From Amoebidium appalachense (taxonomy: Eukaryota > Protista > Ichthyosporea): a stretch of DNA of 64,000 bases. The first letter of the stretch is position 1; each line of letters opens with the position of its first letter. The DNA lies in NCBI GenBank assembly GCA_963693365.1, contig CAVNZM010000006.1, forward strand, positions 3,868,267-3,932,266. Direction: 5' to 3'. A program made the position numbers and the translations under genes. The notes under the pieces are model-generated. The model was not told the DNA's origin and did no database searches. It saw only the letters and a program-made list of their open reading frames with translations. Of the stretch, positions 55,299 to 64,000 are shown piece by piece.

Positions 55299-56122
55299 AC
55301 AAGAGGTTGTGTGGTGGGTTAGGAATAGGGTGGGCGGGTGGGTTGGGATGGGGGTGCTTGGGGAAGGAGAGAATGGGGGAGGGGGAGGGGGGGGGGGGGG
55401 GGGGAGGGTGAGGGAAGGGGGGGGGCGGGGAGGGGGGAGGGAAGAGGGAGGGGGTAAAACGTTGAATGAGAGAGTTGGTAAAGGTCTGTAGGAGGTCTAA
55501 GCGTGGAAACCCCGTGGAGGGGCGGGGGAAAGGCTCTAAGAAGGGGTTTAGAAGTTCAAAATGATGGGCGAGAAAAATGTATGTCTGGATTTTGTGGAAG
55601 GGGAACGACGGTGAATGACAAGAGAGTTGGTGAAGGTGCGTGGGAAGCCTATGGTTAGTAGAGGAAGAAGGGGTGGGTAGGGGATGAGGAGGGGGGAGGG
55701 GGGGGGGGGGGGCGGGAAGGGGGCTCCAGGCGGGAGGGGGGGGGGGGAGGGGGGGAGGGGAGGGAGGGGGGGGGGGGGGGGGGGGAGATAAAATCGAATG
55801 ATGGACGGGTTTGAGATTAAGTACTTGCGCAGGATTTGGAATTAGCACTGGGTATGGTGATACGCGGATACAGAACTATATTGGTGAATGAATACATGGA
55901 TACATGGGCACATATAATTCGTAGTAGCTCCCATCTTGGGCCTAGTTCAGAAAACTTTCGATTGGTTAAGTAGTATGTGGGTAGGTGGGTAGAATGGGGT
56001 AAGGGAATATCTTTCACTGCTTGACATGTAAGAAGACACGAAGGTTCAACAGTGTAAATAAAGTTCAATGATGCAGCCGATGTTTGGTGGTCGGCAGTGT
56101 CAGTGAACAAGATTGCCTCCCC

Positions 56123-56153
<31 letters not shown>

Positions 56154-56266
56154 ACACACACCACCACCACCACCACCACGCGCGCGCGCGCACACACACA
56201 CACACGCAGTGTGCAGTGTGTAGTGTGGTGACATACATGCAGTGATCATGACTGGTCCGGATCCCA

Positions 56267-56812
56267 GGCTACGTTCACACTGGGCGGATATGATAGGCCA
56301 GGGATATTTGCAAGATTCCCGGGATAGGCCGAAATCGATACCCCGGTGTTCACATTGGAGGCGCAAATATGCCAGGTCGGATGCCATATGTCAGCGCCGT
56401 GCGCTGGGTAAGCCTATGTAAAAAAATCCCGCATCTCCACAGGATATTTAGGGGTCCTCGGGATATGGGATATGTCCGGATATTTAGGCAGTTTTGGGAT
56501 AGTTCCAAATGATATTTAGGGACGGGCGGGATTTCCAATCTATCCATAGGGGGTGGATATATCCCGGTCGAGCGCTCAGGATAGATTTGGGTATCCCGTG
56601 GGTTTAGGGATATACTATATATGTTTGTGGCCAGGGATATCACAGGGGGTTTACGCTGTTTACTCGAGGCAAAGAACAAATAGGCTAAGATCAAGGTTGT
56701 GAACGAGAGCAAAGTCAGGCTGATAAAAAGTCATGTATATGTAGTAGAAGATAAGTAGTCGACGTGAGCAAGGATAAAATTTCATTGTGGTGGCAAGACC
56801 GTCCCGTGCCTT

Positions 56813-56854
<42 letters not shown>

Positions 56855-56917
56855 AGCCTTTGGCCTTCTGGTTCGTGCACACATACTCTTTTTCATGCAT
56901 GCATACAAGTTATTCCT

Positions 56918-56956
<39 letters not shown>

Positions 56957-57071
56957 CCCCGCCCTCAATCAAGTCGGGGCCGGCCACACGTGCACTGCAG
57001 ACTTGTCACGACTCACACGTACGTAATGGTGCATATGATCCATATGCATATCCTTTTTATGCATGCATGCA

Positions 57072-57126
<55 letters not shown>

Positions 57127-57140
57127 ACCCACCCACCCAC

Positions 57141-57234
<94 letters not shown>

Positions 57235-57990
57235 CACACACACACACACACGCACACGTGATACTTAGGCCTGAGTCTTCGAAATATTATGGATACCTGC
57301 CCGCCGGGCTAAGTTTAGCACCGGATATTAGCCCGGATATTTAGGCTTCAGCGAGAGAAAAATGATATTTCTCGGGATAGATAGGGGCCCAAGGGATAGA
57401 TGAACTTGATATTTAGGTCCATTTTTCGGGATTTTCCGGGATATGATCTATGATATTTAGGTAGGTTTTGTGATAGATCGGGAGAAAAGCAATATGATAT
57501 TTAGGTAGTTTTTTGGGATAGATTTACATAGGCTTAGCGCTGAGCCGCGTTGGCGGCGGGTCGAAGAGCAAAACGCTCAAAAAAACTTCTTTGCGTCGTC
57601 ACTACAACAAATTTTTTTTTTGACTTATGCAAAATAAATTTTCTACAGCGGTTTATTTAATAATAAATGTTTTTTCTGAACTTTTTATGTATATTTTTAT
57701 AATTATAAAGTAAGACTACTAACAAAGTGCCGGCGCGGCAAATATCCCACTTGCACATAAAATTTAGATATGTTGTTGCTTCGATTTGCTTATTGGCTCG
57801 GCTCAGCCAAGTGCCCACTGGACACGATCATCAGAAACGTACACATACCATGGCATGCACTGCCTCTCTACGAACAAAATCCAAATAAACACACCGCACG
57901 AAGAAAACCCCTCTACCCTATCCTCCCCCTCCACTACCCTCAATGCGTGGGCGTGTGTTTGTGTACGTGTGTGTGGGTGTGTGTGTGTGC

Positions 57991-58042
<52 letters not shown>

Positions 58043-58510
58043 GTGTGTGTGTGTGTACATGTATGTGTGCATGTGTGGGTGTGTGTCTGTGGGTGTGTGT
58101 GTGCCGTAGCCAATCAGCAAGAGACTAGCTAAAGACGGGGAAATGCAACACAGCGCGGGCGGGTGGGTGGGGCTAAGTAGGGGCCGACGGGGAAACAAAG
58201 CTAAGACGAGTAGAACGAGTCGCCGCCTATATACCATAGTCGGCTCCCTAGTGGCCACTGATTGTTGGAACCCTATTCCAACCAATCAGTTGGCCTAAAT
58301 ACATCTCTAAATAGAGCTTGATGAATCAAGCGAAGTATAGACCTACCCCCAATCCCCCGGCTAATTATATCCCGACTGGCATATTTAATTTAACAAAAGA
58401 GGAAATTCGTCTTAGCATATCCTGCCAGTGTGAACAGCGATTTGGGGTATTTGTATTTGTTACCATATATGGCAAGTGCCATATCATATCCCGCCAGTGT
58501 GAACGCGGCC
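56267..58510. mobile_element. Non-autonomous DNA transposon with ~29-bp TIRs and 3-bp TSD (PIF/Harbinger-like)
   Basis: Left end GGCTACGTTCACACTGGGCGGATATGATA; reverse complement of right end GGCCGCGTTCACACTGGCGGGATATGATA. CCA flanks both sides, a second TIR-like motif lies subterminally at each end (~56346, ~58420), and there is no transposase ORF. The superfamily call is inference. Confidence 0.8.
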
Positions 58511-58551
58511 CCAGACATGTGGTACTCGGCGACTTCCAAGGATGAAACAAA

Positions 58552-58590
<39 letters not shown>

Positions 58591-59039
58591 ATGCATATGA
58601 AGCACAGCACCTAAGGGTTGGGATCAGACAGGTTTAGACACACAAAAAAGGATGGGATATACACAGGGCCGAGACAAAGAAAAGAATGGGGATATTCACA
58701 GGCTGAGGTAAAAGATGGGATACACACAGGTCGGAATACACGAAAGAATGGAGATAAACACAGGTGGAGATACACGAAAGAATGGGGACATACACAGGAC
58801 GTGGAGATAAAAGAATGAATGGGGAGATAGAACAAAGAATGGGGAGATAAAAGAAAGGATGGGGATATACACAGGTTGGAATACACGAACTCCAGCAGCA
58901 AAGGGTGCCCGCCCATGTCACAAATTGGAGTGCTAATTAGGAGTCCTTGCAAATTACACCCACACCCACACACCCACCCAGTCACCCAGCCACCTACACA
59001 CACCCACCCACCCACCCACCCACCCACACACACACCGTG

Positions 59040-59080
<41 letters not shown>

Positions 59081-59600
59081 CACAGTGTGGTTACATACAT
59101 GCAGTGATCATGACTGGTCCCAGACATGTGGTACTCGGCGACTTCCGAGGATGAAAAAAATGTCCCCCCCCCCCCCCCCCCAATGGGCCAGCACAGCACC
59201 TAAGGATTGGGATCAGACAGGTTTAGACACACAAAAAAGGATGGGTATACACAGGGCCAAGACAAAGAAAAGAATGGGGATATTCACAGGCTGAGATAAA
59301 AGATGGGATATACACAGGTCGGAATACACGAAAGAATGGAGATATACACAGGACCTGTGGAGATCCACGAAAGAATGGAGATATACACAGGTGGAGATAC
59401 ACGAAAGAATGGGGATATACACAGGTGGAGATAAAAGAATGAATGGGGAGATAGAACAAAGAATGGGGAGATAAAAGCAAGGATGGGGATATACACAGGT
59501 TGGAATACACGAACTCCAGCAGCAAAGGGTGCCCGCCCATGTCACAAATTGGAGTGCTATTTAGGAGGCCTTGCAAATTACACCCACACCCACACACCCA
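58511..59600. repeat. Two copies of a ~600-bp repeat with internal ~30-bp subrepeats (GAATGGRGATATACACAGG)
   Basis: 58511-58970 aligns by eye with 59119-59600. The unit's 5' part ACATACATGCAGTGATCATGACTGGTCC occurs at 56231 and 59093. Confidence 0.88.
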
Positions 59601-59749
59601 CACACCCAGCCACCCACCCACACCCATACCCACACCCACACCCACACAGTGTATGCTGAGGGGGAAGGGGGGGAGGGGGGGGGGGGGAGGGGGGGTAGAG
59701 GTTGCAGCAGTTATCCAAAGAGCCGCCCCCCAAAAAAAGAAAAGGAAAA

Positions 59750-61620
<1,871 letters not shown>

Positions 61621-64000
61621 AGCCGGCGGGGGAGAGGGAATTTATCATCGGTTATGTTGCTACCCTTTTACCCACGCATCTTCACCCTGACGGGCACAGA
61701 AAAAACAAAAAAGGGCTTGGGGAAATTAACGAATCAAAGGCGCACATTGGTTGTTATTAAGGCGGGCTCGATCGCCATTTATCTGTACCCTTGTATGCAA
61801 TCAGTGAGAGTATGTGATCTAGAAACTTAGCAAATAATACAACAATGAGTATTTTATGCAAGCATAAAGGCGTGCACGTATTGCTTGTTGTTTGCGTTGT
61901 GAAGACTCGGGCAGCAAGGCTGAACTTCTGCTAGTGTTTCCTTCGATTTGGTTTTCTTTGAGTGGGTGCACAGGTGACTCGATTTTATTTGAATAGAATA
62001 GATTCAGCTAGGCAAGATACACCATTCAGAAGTCTTCAATATAGATACACCAATCATATTGCAGATTGATACAGGGTTGGGCTGGGGTTGGCCAGCTTAA
62101 CTGTATTGTCCTTTGGCCAATCGTAACGGACAGTTTCTTAATCGTAACGGGGGGGCTCTTGAGATCTGCAAGCCCAGGTAAAAACGCCCTCCAATCACAA
62201 AACTCAAAATACGCGTTTTTACAAATTAAGTATCACAAAATTACAAGCCCTGAATACTTGTCGGGGTTCGATATTGCTCTTGAGATACGCTGTAGATATG
62301 TTCTTGAACAGAAATAATGAAAAAATTAGGTACAGTCAGATTAGGGGGCCTTAAAGCGTTTCAAATGCTATACATCTGGTACGAAAGCTGTTACGACGGC
62401 ACCCTAACCTTATTCGTATCGGGGTCTTTCGTTAATCGTAATTACGACGAATTTTTTTCGTAATCCCCCCCTGGATTGATATAGCTTTGAATTTGAAAGT
62501 TAGCAGTTTACTATATTTAGGCATTATTTGCTTTTTTGCATGCCATGATCGCCATCTCGTCTACACGCCCGCTGACGCACTGCTATGCTTGCATAAAAGT
62601 GTTATATCGACACAAATACTGTACACAATTCTGTATCTGAACAATAAATTCCCCTTCTGATGGTTGTGCGACCCACGGAGGCCCCAAATATCAACTGCGG
62701 CCAAGATATCTATCCAAGCCTTTCTCCCCCGGGATGTGTCGATATCTTCCCAAACAAACCTCAACGGTCATGTTTCAAAAGATTCGGGCAGGTGATATGG
62801 CACCGGATAACGCTCATTTTCCAAAATAAGTTGAGAAAAAGTATATATAGCAGAATTAATATATATATAAGGCCTATAGAAACGTCTCATATTTGCACAT
62901 GTAGGGCGTTCTAGCCCGTGTAGGTTTTGAATAGCTTGAAGTACTGATCATTAATTCGCTTTTTGGGAGCTTTGGCAGGATACATTTCTCCTGCTGTACG
63001 TATGGATACCACAGCTAGTAGATAAGTCTGTATGGTGCTCTGATGTTGATATTGCCTGGGAAGTTGTGCAGTGGCGTTGTATTCTTGTTTCCATCGCCGC
63101 TGGTGCCACTTTTGTGCTGAACTTTTTAATCGAAAGCATGTTGATAGGTGTGAGTTTTTATGTCGCGTTTTACCTCTTTCCCTACGTCTACGGGTGTACA
63201 CGTCTGCTACGCTGGCTGGCAATGTGAACACTTTAGACTTTTTGTTGAATTCTGTTGGTCGTCACATTGAGTATTTATATGATTTTCACACAGTGTTCAG
63301 GTATCTCAGTATGCACTTGTTACTGGATAACTCGTGAAGTTTTTATAGTCTTCTCAGTATGCCGTGCATACTCGCATATCTTTCCGTCGAATAAATTCAG
63401 TCAAAATAAAAAAAGGTTTTGAAGATAGTGGGGGTTTAGGAAAAAGCAGTAACTGGGGTGTTCCTAATGCACAGCAAGATCGTTAGCCAATCCGATCGCG
63501 TTTTCATAACGCCCAGGGCCCCAGCCGCGCCCCTCCGCTGAGAGAGCTTGTGTCTGCCAGCGTCATACTAGAGCCCAAAAAAATATTTGCAAAATAATAA
63601 ATAGTTAGCATATACGAAACTATAACTTACAATGTATTACAGGCAGGCCTCGCTCAAGGGCTAGCTGCTAAAGGCTTCGGAACTCTCTTGTGAGGTAAAT
63701 GGCGGGCCAAAGAGAAAGATATGAGCCAATCATTGCGCTCTGGCATGATGCTTCCCCCAAAAGAATGGAATGCGAAACTTATACATCGGCTCCACTTTGA
63801 TTGGCTATAATTCAAACACTTAAAATGTAATTATACATTTTGATTGGTTCGCGTTCATTGTTTTATTTCAGATGCAATCTAAATTGCAGTGATGTAAGAG
63901 CGTTCTGATTGGCTTATGCCCTGGAAAAAAGCAATTTTTTGACAAATCACGGGGTTCTCGGCTTTCTGGTAATGTAACAGCCTGATATAGAACTAATTGA

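Overview
Intron-rich eukaryotic DNA, most plausibly from a holozoan or other opisthokont (inference from gene content only). Introns are packed with (CA)n/(GT)n and (GA)n microsatellites and long poly-G/poly-C runs, so almost all ORFs in the supplied track are repeat artefacts. Manual splicing (GT-AG, phase-consistent, often with CTRAY branch points) recovers seven genes: the 3' part of AP-2 alpha-adaptin (+), an intronless PP1-docking protein with a degenerate CBM21-like domain (-), a complete 16-exon ADAM10/Kuzbanian-like sheddase (-), an LHFPL/TMHS-like tetraspan protein (+), an intronless centromeric histone H3 (-), GPI transamidase PIG-K/GPI8 (+) and a TBC1D13-like Rab-GAP (+). The 3' end holds a 2.24-kb non-autonomous TIR transposon inserted in one copy of a ~600-bp repeat whose empty-site copy lies next to it. 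The most unusual signals are acceptors with (CA)n in place of a polypyrimidine tract, a mirror-ordered microsatellite intron, a Cys-free ADAM prodomain, the LHFPL-like gene and the multi-motif PP1 adaptor.
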